Shown in pieces: positions 9,969 to 20,192 of a DNA stretch of 64,000 nucleotides. How positions within the stretch are numbered: the stretch's first letter is position 1; the number at the start of each line of letters is the position of its first letter. Source of the stretch: Longimicrobiales bacterium (GTDB lineage: Bacteria > Gemmatimonadota > Gemmatimonadetes > Longimicrobiales > Gaopeijiaceae); NCBI GenBank assembly GCA_963664435.2, contig CAXXKM010000003.1:1216001-1280000 (forward strand), read 5' to 3'. The position numbers and the translations under genes were made by a program. The notes under the pieces are model-generated. The model had not been told where the DNA came from. It ran no database searches and saw only the letters and a list, made by a program, of their open reading frames with translations.

Positions 9969-11804
9969 ATGAACGCAATCTCCCGCACCACCGGCCGGAG
10001 CGCCGCGCGCGTCCTTTGCGCGATCGTGTTCCTGCTCCTGCTCTCCGCCGCGGGCGCGCCTCCGTCCCGGGCCCAGGAGGCATCCGATCGGCCGGTCTGG
10101 CGCCCCGTCATCCTCGGCACCGAGGCCATGGTCGCGGCGGAGCATCCACTGGAGGCGCTGGCCGCCGAAGAGGTGCTGCGCGCCGGCGGCAACGCCTTCG
10201 ACGCCGCGTCGGCGGTTTTCTACATGACGACGGTCGTGGAGCAGCACCAGGCGGGGATCGGGGGCGACGCCTTCATGGTCGCGTACCTCGCTGCGGAGGA
10301 CCGCGTCGTGTTCGTTAATGGAACCGGGTACGCGCCCGCGCTCGCGACGCGCGAGTTCTACGAGGACCAGGGAGGCATCCCCGGCGCCGGGCCGCTGTCA
10401 ACAGATGTCCCCGGGGCGGTGGGAGCCTTCGAGCTGGCCCACTCGCGTTACGGGACCCTGCCCCGGGAACAAGTGCTTGCACCGGCGATCCGCGCCGCGC
10501 GCCAGGGGCATCCCCTCGACTTCTGGGTGGCGGGGCACCATGCGCGTTCGGTGGAGAAGATCTCCCCCTATCCCGCCTCGCGGGAGCTGCTGATGCCGGA
10601 CGGGCGGCTGCTCGGAGTGGGCGACCTGTATGTGCAGGAGGACCTTGCCCGGTCCCTGGAGGAGATCGCGCGCGAGGGCGCCGACGCCTTCTACCGCGGG
10701 CGGCTGGCGCGGATGAGCGCCGACTACTACGAGGAGCAGGGCGGATTGCTGCGCTACGAGGACCTCGCGGGCTACGAGGCGGAGGAGGCGGATCCGATCC
10801 AGGTGAGCTACGCCGGGCTCGACGTCTACCAGAGCGCGCCCAACTCGCAGGGCATCGTGATGCTCATGGCGCTGAACATCCTCGAGGGCTTCGACCTGGA
10901 GGCAATGGGCCACAACTCCGCCGAATACGTGCACGTGGTCACGGAGTCGATGAAGCTGGCCTTCGCGGACCGGAACCGCTACGTGGCCGACCCGCGCTTC
11001 AGCGACGTTCCCACGCAGGAACTGCTGTCGAAGGAATACGCGGCCGCGCGGCGCGGGCTCATTCGCATGGACCGGGCGATGAGCGTGGCTCCGGCCGGCG
11101 ATCCCCGGGGGATGGCCGCCGTGGCGGAGGGCCAGGCCGCGGAGTACGAGAGCGGGTCCGGGGACGTCTCGCGGCCGGAGGTTCTCTATCGCGAGGACGG
11201 CGAGACCTCGTCGTTCTCCATCGCGGACCGCTTCGGGAACCTGGTCTCGGTGACGCACAGCGTGAATTCGAGCTTCGGCAGCGGGATGGTGGTCCCGGGC
11301 GGCGGCTACTTCCTGAACAACCGCATGCCCTACTACGGCCTTGAGCCCGACGACGTGAACGTGCTCGAGCCGGGCAAACGCACCCGCCACACCATCAACC
11401 CGGCGCTGGCGCTCAAGGATGGCAGGCCGTACCTGGCGTGGAACACTCCCGGGGGCGACAACCAGCCGCAGGCGATGCTGCAGGCCTTCCTGGCGGTGGT
11501 GCATTTCGGCATGAACGTGCAGCAGGCGGTGGAGGCGCCGACGGTCACCAGCACGGCCTTCCGCGCCTCGATGTACCCGGGGCGCATGCGCGGCATGCTG
11601 ACGATGCCCGAGGTGCTCTACCAGGGGGCCGGCGAGGCGCTGGCGGCGCTCGGCCACCAGGTGGAGGTGAGCCCGCTTCAGCAGCCCTACCGGCAGGCGG
11701 CGTCGGGAGCCGGGGCGGTGAAGATGGTGATGATCGATCCGGAGACCGGCGTCATGTACGGCGGCGTGAGCCCGGCGAAGAGCGACTATGTGATTGGCTG
11801 GTGA
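9969..11804 (+). CDS. ggt: Gamma-glutamyltransferase family protein (secreted)
   Basis: GGNAFDAA, GIGGD, nucleophile Thr in GETSSFS, EPGKRTRHTINP, TPGGDNQPQ. Confidence 0.9.
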   Translation: MNAISRTTGRSAARVLCAIVFLLLLSAAGAPPSRAQEASDRPVWRPVILGTEAMVAAEHPLEALAAEEVLRAGGNAFDAASAVFYMTTVVEQHQAGIGGDAFMVAYLAAEDRVVFVNGTGYAPALATREFYEDQGGIPGAGPLSTDVPGAVGAFELAHSRYGTLPREQVLAPAIRAARQGHPLDFWVAGHHARSVEKISPYPASRELLMPDGRLLGVGDLYVQEDLARSLEEIAREGADAFYRGRLARMSADYYEEQGGLLRYEDLAGYEAEEADPIQVSYAGLDVYQSAPNSQGIVMLMALNILEGFDLEAMGHNSAEYVHVVTESMKLAFADRNRYVADPRFSDVPTQELLSKEYAAARRGLIRMDRAMSVAPAGDPRGMAAVAEGQAAEYESGSGDVSRPEVLYREDGETSSFSIADRFGNLVSVTHSVNSSFGSGMVVPGGGYFLNNRMPYYGLEPDDVNVLEPGKRTRHTINPALALKDGRPYLAWNTPGGDNQPQAMLQAFLAVVHFGMNVQQAVEAPTVTSTAFRASMYPGRMRGMLTMPEVLYQGAGEALAALGHQVEVSPLQQPYRQAASGAGAVKMVMIDPETGVMYGGVSPAKSDYVIGW

Positions 11805-11817
11805 GGAGGATTGACCC

Positions 11818-12090
11818 ATGCGCCCACGACCCCAGACCCCGCCCGAACCCACGGACGAAGAACTCAACGCCTGCATTCTGACGCGCTACAGGCTCCTCGG
11901 GATCGACATCTCGGTGCTTCCCGAATCGGATGAGGATGCGCCGATGGACCGGGAGCGCCTGCTCGAGAACGGGCGCTCGATCCTCCGGCAGGACGTCGAG
12001 GCCGCCAACTTCCACATCGATCCCCAGTTCAACCTGCCGAATGCCTTTCCGGCGCCGTTCGTGGCGTGGACCGAGGAGGGAGGATCGTGA
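11818..12090 (+). CDS. Hypothetical protein translationally coupled to the amidase
   Basis: GAGGAGGA RBS. Stop overlaps the amidase GTG (GTGA 12087-12090). Confidence 0.7.
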   Translation: MRPRPQTPPEPTDEELNACILTRYRLLGIDISVLPESDEDAPMDRERLLENGRSILRQDVEAANFHIDPQFNLPNAFPAPFVAWTEEGGS

Positions 12091-13724
12091 GCGGGGGTGG
12101 AGGGACCAAGGCCGCCGGTACCCGGAATGGAGCCGGGTCGGGCCGCACGGCAAGCGCCGGCGCCAGCGAGGTTGCCGCCCCCCAGGACGAGCGGGTTTCG
12201 CGGCGATGGTTCCTCGAGCGCATGGCGTGGGTCTCTTCGGCGGCCGCAACCGGCACCCTGCTGGCTCGCGCGCCCGCCGTCGCCAGCCCACGCGGCCCGC
12301 CGGTGACCCCGGAGGCCTTCAGCGCCGACATCCGCGTGCAGGAGGTCGACGACCTGACGCAGCTCACCATGTCGGAATCGATGACCCTGATCCGCACGGG
12401 CGCCCTCGATCCGCGGGACCTGGTCGAGGCGTACGTCGACCGCATCGAGGCCTTCGACGGGACGTACCAGGCCTACGCCGACCGTCCGTCACGCGAGACG
12501 CTCCTCGCGCAGCTGGCCCGGACGCCCGACGATGAGCGGCGCGCCCCGCTCCGGGGCATGTGCCTGGCCCCCAAGGACAACTGCTACACGGCGGATCTGC
12601 TGACCGAGGGCGGGTCGCTGGTGTACGAGGGCTTCCAGCCGGACTACGACGCCACCTGCGTCTCGCTGATGCGCGCGGCGGGCGGCCTGGTCGTGGGCAA
12701 GGCGCAGATGGGCAACCTGGCCGGAGGCAGGGCGCGCGTGTACGGGACGACCACTCCGACGACGCGCAACGCGTGGACGCCGGACGACGTGCGCTACAGC
12801 CCGTCGGGGTCCTCGTCCGGCACCGGCACGGCCGTGGCGGCCCGGCTCGCGGTGGCCGGGCTGGGCACGCAGACCGGGGGCTCGGTCATCGGCCCCTCCA
12901 CCGCGCAGGGACTGACCGCGGTCAAGCCCACGTTCGGGCGCATCTCGCTGCACGGCATCATCCCGCTCAGCTACACGCGCGACCATGTCGGCGTGATGGC
13001 GCGCGACGCCATGGACGCGGCCATTCTGCTCCAGGTGTGCGCGCAGCCGGATCCTAACGATCCCCGAACGCTCGGGCTCCCGCGGCCCCCCAACTACGCC
13101 CTCGCGGCGACACCGTTCGGGGGCGACCGGCCGCGCGTGCGCTGGCCCACCCGGATCGGCGTCTGGCCGGAGTATCTCGAGGGGGACAACGAGCGGGTGA
13201 ACCAGCTCAGGCGCGACTTTCTCGATGAACTCGAGCGCAACCCGGCGGTGACCATCGTGCCGGACGTGAGCCTTCCGGACGACTGGGAGGCCCTGACCTC
13301 ACCGCCCCTGGGCGGCTCCCACGGCGATCCCACCGCCTTCTTCATCGAGCAGCTGCGCGAGGACGTGCGCAACTTCGCCGACCGCCTGCCGCGCTTCCTC
13401 AACGGCATGCTGCAGAGCGCCGACACCTACGTGAAGGTGCAGCAGGCGCGAAACCTCCTGCGCCACCGCATGGTCACGCAGCTCTTCAACCAGTGCGATG
13501 TCGTGGTCACGAGCGCCGGCGGTTCGTTCGACGGTGTGGGGCTGCCGCTCGCGTGCACGCCCATCGGCTTCGACACCGACGAAACCACCGGGGCGCGGGT
13601 GCCGCGCGGGGCCACGCTCGGGGCGCCGCCCTTCGGCGAGGAGCGGCTGCTCGCGGTGATCGCGGCGTACCAGGCGGTGACGGACTTCCACCGGGAGCGG
13701 GCGCCGGATCCGAGCGGAGCCTAG
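12087..13724 (+). CDS. Amidase-signature family protein with Tat signal
   Basis: SRRWFL Tat motif, APKDN (Lys), SGSSSG, GTQTGGS, KPTFGRIS. Confidence 0.88.
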   Translation: MSGGGGTKAAGTRNGAGSGRTASAGASEVAAPQDERVSRRWFLERMAWVSSAAATGTLLARAPAVASPRGPPVTPEAFSADIRVQEVDDLTQLTMSESMTLIRTGALDPRDLVEAYVDRIEAFDGTYQAYADRPSRETLLAQLARTPDDERRAPLRGMCLAPKDNCYTADLLTEGGSLVYEGFQPDYDATCVSLMRAAGGLVVGKAQMGNLAGGRARVYGTTTPTTRNAWTPDDVRYSPSGSSSGTGTAVAARLAVAGLGTQTGGSVIGPSTAQGLTAVKPTFGRISLHGIIPLSYTRDHVGVMARDAMDAAILLQVCAQPDPNDPRTLGLPRPPNYALAATPFGGDRPRVRWPTRIGVWPEYLEGDNERVNQLRRDFLDELERNPAVTIVPDVSLPDDWEALTSPPLGGSHGDPTAFFIEQLREDVRNFADRLPRFLNGMLQSADTYVKVQQARNLLRHRMVTQLFNQCDVVVTSAGGSFDGVGLPLACTPIGFDTDETTGARVPRGATLGAPPFGEERLLAVIAAYQAVTDFHRERAPDPSGA

Positions 13725-13732
13725 TCCGCGCC

Positions 13733-15217
13733 TTACGTTCGCCCGCTCAGGCCAGCCTGCGTCTTGCGCTGTCCCCGGACGACGTAGAGAAGGAAACCGG
13801 CGGCGGCGAGGAGCAGCCCAACGCTGATGGGCGACGAGATGAAGATCAGGGGATCTCCCTCGGAGAGGATGAGCGCGCGGCGGAAGTTGGACTCGAGCAT
13901 CGGGCCGAGGATGAGGCCGAGGAGCACGGGGATCACCGGATAGCCGAGGCGGCGCAGGACGTAGCCGAGGACGCCGATGCCGACGGCGACGTAGATCGCG
14001 AAGGTGGTTCGCTCCGAAGTAAAGGCCGCGACGACGGCGAGCGGGGCAATCGCGGGGAAGAGGATGCTTCGGGGCACGCGCGTGATGCGCGCGTAGAGTG
14101 GAAGCAGCGTCAGGCCGAACACCAGAATCAGCAGATAGCTGGCGAAGTAGGCCACGAAGAGCGGGGTGATGAGGTCCGCGGCCTCGGTGAAGAGCTGGGG
14201 GCCGGGCGTAATACCGTGGATTACGAGGCCGCCCAGAATGACGGCCGTTACCGCGTCTCCGGGGATGCCCAGGGCCAGCAGCGGGATCAGCGCGCCGCCG
14301 GTCACGGCGTTGTTGGCGACCTCGGGCGCGACGATCCCCTCGGGCGCGCCCTTTCCGAAGCGCTCCGGTTCGGGGGAGCTGCGGCGGGCCTCGCTGTACG
14401 CGAAGAAAGCGGCCATCGCGGCGCCGGCGCCGGGCAGGGCTCCTACCGACGTCCCGATGACGGAGTTCTTCACGAAGGGCTTCCACCCCACGCGGCGCAC
14501 CTCGCTCCACCAGGCGAAGGCGCCGTCCGAACCGCTGGACGGGTGCTCGAGCGCCCGCGCGGGCGGCCGGCTCGCCTGATGAAACACCTCCGTGAAGGCG
14601 AAGATGCCGATCACGACCGGGATCAGCGGCAGGCCGACGAGGAGGTCCACCGAGCCCAGGGTGAAGCGCGGCACCGGCACCAGCGGGTCGATGCCGACCG
14701 TCGAGAGCATCAGGCCGATGACGGTGGCCGCCATCCCCTTGGCCAGCGACTCGCGCGAGACGGTTGCGACGGCTACCAGCGCCAGCACCACCAGGGCGAA
14801 CATCTCCGGGGACTGGAAGCGGAGCGCGATGCGCGCCAGCTGCGGGCTGAAGAGAACCAGCACCACGCCCCCGGCCAGGCCGCCAACGACGGAGCTGAAG
14901 GTTGCGATGCCGATGGCGGTGCCGGTTCGGCCCTGCAGCGCCATCGCGTGTCCGTCGAGCATCGTCATGGCGTTTGCGGGCGCCCCGGGGATGCAGAGCG
15001 CGATCGCCGCGATCGAGCCGCCGTAGAGGCCTCCGGTGAAGATCCCGACCATCATCACGATCGCGTTGGCGGCCGAGAGCTGGTAGGTGAGCGGCAGCAG
15101 CAGGGCGATGGCCAGCGTGGCCGTGAGGCCGGGGATGGCGCCGATGGCGATGCCCAGCAGCGACCCGGCCGCGAGGGAGAGGAGGAGGGTCGGGTCGAGG
15201 AGGACTTCGAAGCTCAT
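13733..15217 (-). CDS. tctA: Tripartite tricarboxylate transporter large permease TctA
   Basis: GAIPGL, YGGSIAAI..IPG, EGIVAPEVANNA, LGIPGD. Start MSFEVLL. Confidence 0.93.
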   Translation of the reverse strand: MSFEVLLDPTLLLSLAAGSLLGIAIGAIPGLTATLAIALLLPLTYQLSAANAIVMMVGIFTGGLYGGSIAAIALCIPGAPANAMTMLDGHAMALQGRTGTAIGIATFSSVVGGLAGGVVLVLFSPQLARIALRFQSPEMFALVVLALVAVATVSRESLAKGMAATVIGLMLSTVGIDPLVPVPRFTLGSVDLLVGLPLIPVVIGIFAFTEVFHQASRPPARALEHPSSGSDGAFAWWSEVRRVGWKPFVKNSVIGTSVGALPGAGAAMAAFFAYSEARRSSPEPERFGKGAPEGIVAPEVANNAVTGGALIPLLALGIPGDAVTAVILGGLVIHGITPGPQLFTEAADLITPLFVAYFASYLLILVFGLTLLPLYARITRVPRSILFPAIAPLAVVAAFTSERTTFAIYVAVGIGVLGYVLRRLGYPVIPVLLGLILGPMLESNFRRALILSEGDPLIFISSPISVGLLLAAAGFLLYVVRGQRKTQAGLSGRT

Positions 15218-15882
15218 CCGAGCAGGCCTTCCGGCAGCCGCGCGCCGAGGAGCACGCGGAAGATGAGGAAGATGAGGAGGGTCGCGCCGGGTGCGAGCAC
15301 GAGGATCGTGCGTCGTTTGGCGCCGAAACGGTCCGCCACGGCGGCGGCGTACAGCAGGGTCGCGAGGACGTAGCCGAGCGTCTGAAAGAGGGCCGCGTAG
15401 AGGACGGTGAGGCCGATGACGGTCCAGGCGCGGATGCCGGCGGCGCGATCGGGTTGGGCGATGCCGCCTGCAGACTCTTGCGGACTCGCGGGCGCAGATA
15501 CGGACGAGCCCGAGTCGCGGGCGTTGGAAACATGCGTTTGCCGGGCCTTGCGCCATCTGGAGAGCGCGATGCCGGCGGAAAGGAGCGCCAGCGCGGCGGC
15601 GAGCCCCATGGGGACGAGTGCGACGTCCGGATCCCCGGAGGCCGTCAGCCCGCGTGCGCCGAAGCCGTAGACCAGGGCGAAGATGAAGAGGGCGATCTCG
15701 AAGCCGTGACCGGGGCGCTTCGCCTTCCCCCGCCGACCCCTCTTTTGTTCGCCACTTATGCCGTTTTCTGGCGGACAAAAGAGGGGTTGGGAGCGGACCG
15801 GGATCGCGTCGGTGTCGTGAGCGCCGGTCGCAGAATCTGAGGCACGTCCTTCTCCGGCGGACTCGACCCCCTCCTGGGTCAC
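15214..15882 (-). CDS. tctB: Tripartite tricarboxylate transporter small subunit TctB
   Basis: 4-5 TM helices, LGYVLAT, C-terminal F..LL...LPEG. GTG start after GAGGGAG. Confidence 0.78.
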   Translation of the reverse strand: MTQEGVESAGEGRASDSATGAHDTDAIPVRSQPLFCPPENGISGEQKRGRRGKAKRPGHGFEIALFIFALVYGFGARGLTASGDPDVALVPMGLAAALALLSAGIALSRWRKARQTHVSNARDSGSSVSAPASPQESAGGIAQPDRAAGIRAWTVIGLTVLYAALFQTLGYVLATLLYAAAVADRFGAKRRTILVLAPGATLLIFLIFRVLLGARLPEGLLG

Positions 15883-15929
15883 GACATCAGCTCCCTCACG
15901 CGATCCAATGCTGCAAGGAATCCACCGCC

Positions 15930-17606
15930 TCACGCGATCCACTTCGAGACCGGGGCGTTGGCTTCCTCCAGCGGCTGCGTGACGACGTCGAGGAGGAACG
16001 GGCCGGGGGCGGTGAGCGCTTCCGGGACGGCCGCACCCAGTTCGGAGGGATCTTCCACCCGGCGCGCCCGCAGACCGTAGGCGTGGGCGATGGCGGCGTG
16101 GTCGGAGTCCTTGAAGTCGACGGAGAAGTAGTCGCTGCCGCGGCTCTTCTGGCCCGCCTTGATCCAGCCGTAGCCAGCGTTGTTGCACACGATGAGGGTG
16201 ACCGGAAGTTCGAGCCGCACCAGGGTCTCGAGCTCGCCCGCCGAGATGCCGAAGCTGCCGTCGCCCATGACGCCGATCACGCGACCCGCGTCGGGTCGGG
16301 CGCAGTGCGCGCCGACGACGGCCGGAAGCGCGTACCCGAGCGCCCCGAAGGCCCGTGGGCTGGCGAACCAGCGGCCGGCCCGGGGGAGGCGCCACCAGGC
16401 GGAGAAGTAGGGACACGGCGTGCCCGGGTCGGCGAGAATGATGGCGCGCTCCGGGAGGCGCGGCAGCAGCTCGGCGAGCAGGCGCTCGGGGCGGATGGGA
16501 TGCTCCTCCGAGGCGAACAGCCCGGCCACGCGCTCGCGGTGGGCCCGGCGGGCGGCGGCGATTCCGCCCGGGTCGAGGCGGGGGGTGGCGGCCGCCCGGG
16601 CGTGCAGCTCGGCGGTGAGTGCGGCGAGGCCCTCGCGCGCGTCGGCCCGCATGCCGGCGGCGAGGGAATAGCTGCGCCCGAGGACGCCCGGGTCGACGTC
16701 GAGCTGGACGAAGCGCGCGTCGCCCGGGCGGGGGAGGGTCCACTTCTCGGTGGTCACGGAGCCTGTGGAACACCCCACGTAGAAGACCACGTCGGCCCTG
16801 CGCACCAGGTCGTGCCGCCAGGGCAGGCCGCCGTTGCTGCCGATCACCCCCAGGGAGCGGGGATCGGTCTCGGCGATGCTCCCCTTGCCGGAGACGGAGG
16901 TGGCCACGTAGGCGCCGAGTGCGCGGGCGAGCTCGCGCACTTCGTTCCAGGCCCCCGAGCGCAGCACGCCGGCGCCGGCCACGATCAGGGGGCGGCGGCT
17001 GCGGGCGAGCTCGCGGGCGACGGCGCGCACCTGGTCGGGGTCGGGAGCGACCCGCTCGGCGGGATAGCGGCCGAAGCGCGCGTCCCCGTGGACGGCCGAA
17101 GCGGGGACCGAACCTGCCTGTGTGTCGAGGGGAAGGGCGATCTGGCAGGCGCCCAGGCGGCCGGTCGAAGCTTCCCGGAAGGCCGTGCGCGTCATGCCGG
17201 GGAGGTCAATGGGGGTGGTGGGGGAGAACACGCGCCGGGTCACGGGCGCGAACAGCGCGGCCTGGTCGAGGTCGGTCAGCGTGCCCACACCCCGCTCGGT
17301 GGTGGCGATGTCGGAGGTGAGACACACCATCGGCACCGACGACTCGTTCGCTTCCGCGACTCCGGGGAGGATGTAGGTCGCGCCCCCGCCGCTGGGGCCC
17401 TCGCACACCCCGACCCTGCCGCTCAGTCGCGCGTACGCGTCGGCCATGAAGGCGGCGCTGCGCTCGTCGCGGGTGAGCACGTGGCGGATGGTGGACGACA
17501 CGGCCAGCGCCTCGTACCACGGGAGCGAGGTGTCGCCGCACAGGCCGAAGATGGTGTCGACGCCCAGGTGCTCGAGGACGCCGACCAGGGCCTGGCCGCC
17601 GTTCAC
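15930..17606 (-). CDS. Thiamine-diphosphate-dependent enzyme (acetolactate-synthase-like)
   Basis: GVDTIFG, RDERSAAFMADAYAR, GDGS..(N)N ThDP motif. Embedded in the tct operon. Confidence 0.88.
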   Translation of the reverse strand: MNGGQALVGVLEHLGVDTIFGLCGDTSLPWYEALAVSSTIRHVLTRDERSAAFMADAYARLSGRVGVCEGPSGGGATYILPGVAEANESSVPMVCLTSDIATTERGVGTLTDLDQAALFAPVTRRVFSPTTPIDLPGMTRTAFREASTGRLGACQIALPLDTQAGSVPASAVHGDARFGRYPAERVAPDPDQVRAVARELARSRRPLIVAGAGVLRSGAWNEVRELARALGAYVATSVSGKGSIAETDPRSLGVIGSNGGLPWRHDLVRRADVVFYVGCSTGSVTTEKWTLPRPGDARFVQLDVDPGVLGRSYSLAAGMRADAREGLAALTAELHARAAATPRLDPGGIAAARRAHRERVAGLFASEEHPIRPERLLAELLPRLPERAIILADPGTPCPYFSAWWRLPRAGRWFASPRAFGALGYALPAVVGAHCARPDAGRVIGVMGDGSFGISAGELETLVRLELPVTLIVCNNAGYGWIKAGQKSRGSDYFSVDFKDSDHAAIAHAYGLRARRVEDPSELGAAVPEALTAPGPFLLDVVTQPLEEANAPVSKWIA

Positions 17607-17646
17607 GGCCTCTCCCAGGCTGACAAACGGCTGGTCACGACCATGG

Positions 17647-18621
17647 TCACGCATCCTCCAGGGCCGCCAAGAGACGCTCAACGCGCGGGGCCAGATCATT
17701 CAGGTAGTCCAGCACGTCGGCCCGCCCCCGCCACGTCGCTCCCACAGCCCCCGCGCGGGCCCACTCCTGGAACTCGGGCGATGCGGAGGCCGCCTGACAG
17801 GCGATCTCCAACGTCACGAGCTGCTCATCGGGGGTTCCCGGCGGAGCCATCAGCATGCGGAAGCTTCCGTATTCCAGGTCGTAGCCGAGTTCGGCGAAGG
17901 TCGGCACATCCGGCACCAGCGGACTCCGCTGCGGCGCCATCAGCGCAAGCACTCTCAGCTCGCCGGCGCGCGCGTAGGACATCGCTCCCGGAAGGCTGGA
18001 AACGATGGCATCGACTTCACCTCCGAGAATGGCGCCGATCTGCGGACCGGAACCTCCCTCGTAGGGGATGTGCCGCAGTTCGACCCCCATCGCCTGCTCC
18101 ATCGCCGCGGCGTGCTGATGCCACACCCCCTTCTGTCCGACGTTGCCGACCGCGATAGTGGCCGGGTTGGCCCGCGCGTCCGCCTCGAAGGCGGCCAGGT
18201 CCGTCCAGCGCTCCGCGGGCACGATGAGGGCGCTGGGATGTTCGGTCACCATGCACACCGGCTCGAGCGCCCTCCAGTCCACGGGCGCGAGGCCGAGCAG
18301 CTGGACCGTGAGCGCGTCGTAGGTCATGGTCCCGAGTGTGTACCCGTCCGCGGGCGCGTTCTGGACGACGGTCAGGCCGACCGAGCTCAACCCTCCGGGG
18401 ACGTTTTCGGTGACCACCCCCACCCCCATCTCCTCCTCGAACCACCTCATGAAGCCGCGCATGGCGGTGTCGGTTCCGCCGCCCGCGCGCCACGGGATCA
18501 CATGGCGGATCTCGCGGCTCGGATCGGGATACGCCGCCGACTCCTCCGCCGACGGCAGACGCACGACCAGCACGATCAGCGCCATCAGCGCGAGCACGGT
18601 GAGGGGGATGCGGAGGGGCAA
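17647..18621 (-). CDS. tctC: Tripartite tricarboxylate transporter substrate-binding protein TctC (Bug family)
   Basis: YP..EI..VIPW.AGGGTD, VENVPGG, HIPYEG, PDVPTF.ELG. Confidence 0.92.
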   Translation of the reverse strand: MPLRIPLTVLALMALIVLVVRLPSAEESAAYPDPSREIRHVIPWRAGGGTDTAMRGFMRWFEEEMGVGVVTENVPGGLSSVGLTVVQNAPADGYTLGTMTYDALTVQLLGLAPVDWRALEPVCMVTEHPSALIVPAERWTDLAAFEADARANPATIAVGNVGQKGVWHQHAAAMEQAMGVELRHIPYEGGSGPQIGAILGGEVDAIVSSLPGAMSYARAGELRVLALMAPQRSPLVPDVPTFAELGYDLEYGSFRMLMAPPGTPDEQLVTLEIACQAASASPEFQEWARAGAVGATWRGRADVLDYLNDLAPRVERLLAALEDA

Positions 18622-18776
18622 GGAGTTGGGTCTCCCGTGGAGTTTGCGGGCCGTTGCGTCGGGTGCGGCGAAGATACCATGTGTCGCGCAAGCAAGCGAT
18701 ACGACCTCCGGCGGCGCCTCGCGAACCGCAGCGAGGCGCCGCCATCATACACACTATCGCCACATTGATTGCCTGA

Positions 18777-18813
18777 TTATACACACCTTATACACAGGGA
18801 AAACCGCTATAAT
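18777..18813. promoter_or_regulatory. AT-rich divergent promoter region with TTATACACA direct repeats and TATAAT hexamers
   Basis: TTATACACA at 18777-18785 and 18788-18796 (11-bp period). TATAAT on + at 18808-18813 and on - at 18776-18781. Confidence 0.5.
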
Positions 18814-18898
18814 TAAAGGATGTGGCTGGTTTCTTGCCAGCCGTCCAAGCGGCGACTCTCCACCCGGCGAATCGGATTGAGAGCATGAGGAGACACAA

Positions 18899-19993
18899 AT
18901 GGCCCACGGCTTCTCGCGGCGCCCTGCACAGAGACCCGGCTTCCCGGCGCCACCAAGCCTGCTCAGGGGCGTGGCTTTTGTTCTTAACGGATTGGTAGCC
19001 GGGTGCGGCGGTGGCGACACCGATCCCGTAGCTCCAGGTGGGAACCAGGTCACGTGCCCTCCCGGCTGGAACACGGCTGCGTTTTTTCGAACCGTAACGC
19101 CCGAACAAGTCGTGGCTTGCATCGAGGCAGGTGAGAGCGTCTTAACCAAGTCTGACGGCACTGGGGAGACACCGCTTCACCTCGCGGGATCCTTTTCCGA
19201 CGATCCCGCAGTTATCCGCACGCTGATCGACGCGGGAGCCCGACCGGACGCGCGCAACAACGATGATGACACGGTCCTGTGTGTCGCGGTGGAGCGCAAC
19301 GAGAACTCCTCGGTGATCCAGGCCTTGCTGGATGGAGGGTCTCGGCCGAACGAAGTTTGCCGTTGGGGATACGCGCCACTGCACATGGCAGCACGGTTCA
19401 ATGCGAACGCCGATGTCTCGGATGCATTGATCCGGGCTGGGGCTGACGTCAATTGGAGACCACCGCCAACTTACGATGAGAGCGGGAATTGGATCGGCCA
19501 GCATGGCACGCCTATCCAGATTGCCGCGTTTTACCAGGATAACCCGGCGGTAGTAGACGTGCTTGTGCGGGCCGGGGCCGATCTCAGGGACTCCCTGAGT
19601 CGCGCAGCGCGCTACAATGAAGGTCCAGGGGTCCTGGAGATTGTGTCGATCCTGATCGCGGCAGGTGCGGACCTCTCCGGTGCACTGCATAGCTCGGTCT
19701 TCAACGCCGTCACGGAGGTTACGGGCTCCCTGATCTCGGCAGGCGCCGACCTCAACGAGGGAGTAGTCATGGAACTCATTAGAGGGGAGCCGATTGAAGG
19801 GGCGACCCCTCTGCATTTCGCCGCAGCCGCGGGGGGCTTCAACCTTGCGGCAGTAGAAGTGCTGCTTGAGGCCGGTGCTGATCCGAACATTCAGGACTCT
19901 ACGGGCCGGACTCCGCTGGATTGGGCGGAGTCGGGAAACCGAGCGAATCTGGCGGAGTTGTTGCGGCGATATGGGGGCCAAAGCGGCGGATGA
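18899..19993 (+). CDS. Ankyrin-repeat lipoprotein
   Basis: LVAGC lipobox. Repeats GETPLHLA, GYAPLHMAA, GATPLHFAA, GRTPLDWA. Lower GC than flanks. Confidence 0.9.
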   Translation: MAHGFSRRPAQRPGFPAPPSLLRGVAFVLNGLVAGCGGGDTDPVAPGGNQVTCPPGWNTAAFFRTVTPEQVVACIEAGESVLTKSDGTGETPLHLAGSFSDDPAVIRTLIDAGARPDARNNDDDTVLCVAVERNENSSVIQALLDGGSRPNEVCRWGYAPLHMAARFNANADVSDALIRAGADVNWRPPPTYDESGNWIGQHGTPIQIAAFYQDNPAVVDVLVRAGADLRDSLSRAARYNEGPGVLEIVSILIAAGADLSGALHSSVFNAVTEVTGSLISAGADLNEGVVMELIRGEPIEGATPLHFAAAAGGFNLAAVEVLLEAGADPNIQDSTGRTPLDWAESGNRANLAELLRRYGGQSGG

Positions 19994-20192
19994 GCCAGGC
20001 CAACGGCTCCGCTGTTCCCCGGGGTCGCGGACGCGTCCGCTATCAACGCCCGGACGCTTCGATCCGCGGAATCCGGAGGCGAGGGAGAGGAGCGGGAGGC
20101 TGCGCCGGCTCTCATGGCCGGATGAGCCCTTGCTCCCTACTCTTACAGAGACGGTTCGTATCGCTGCTTCGTCCTTGCTCCGAGAGGTCGCC

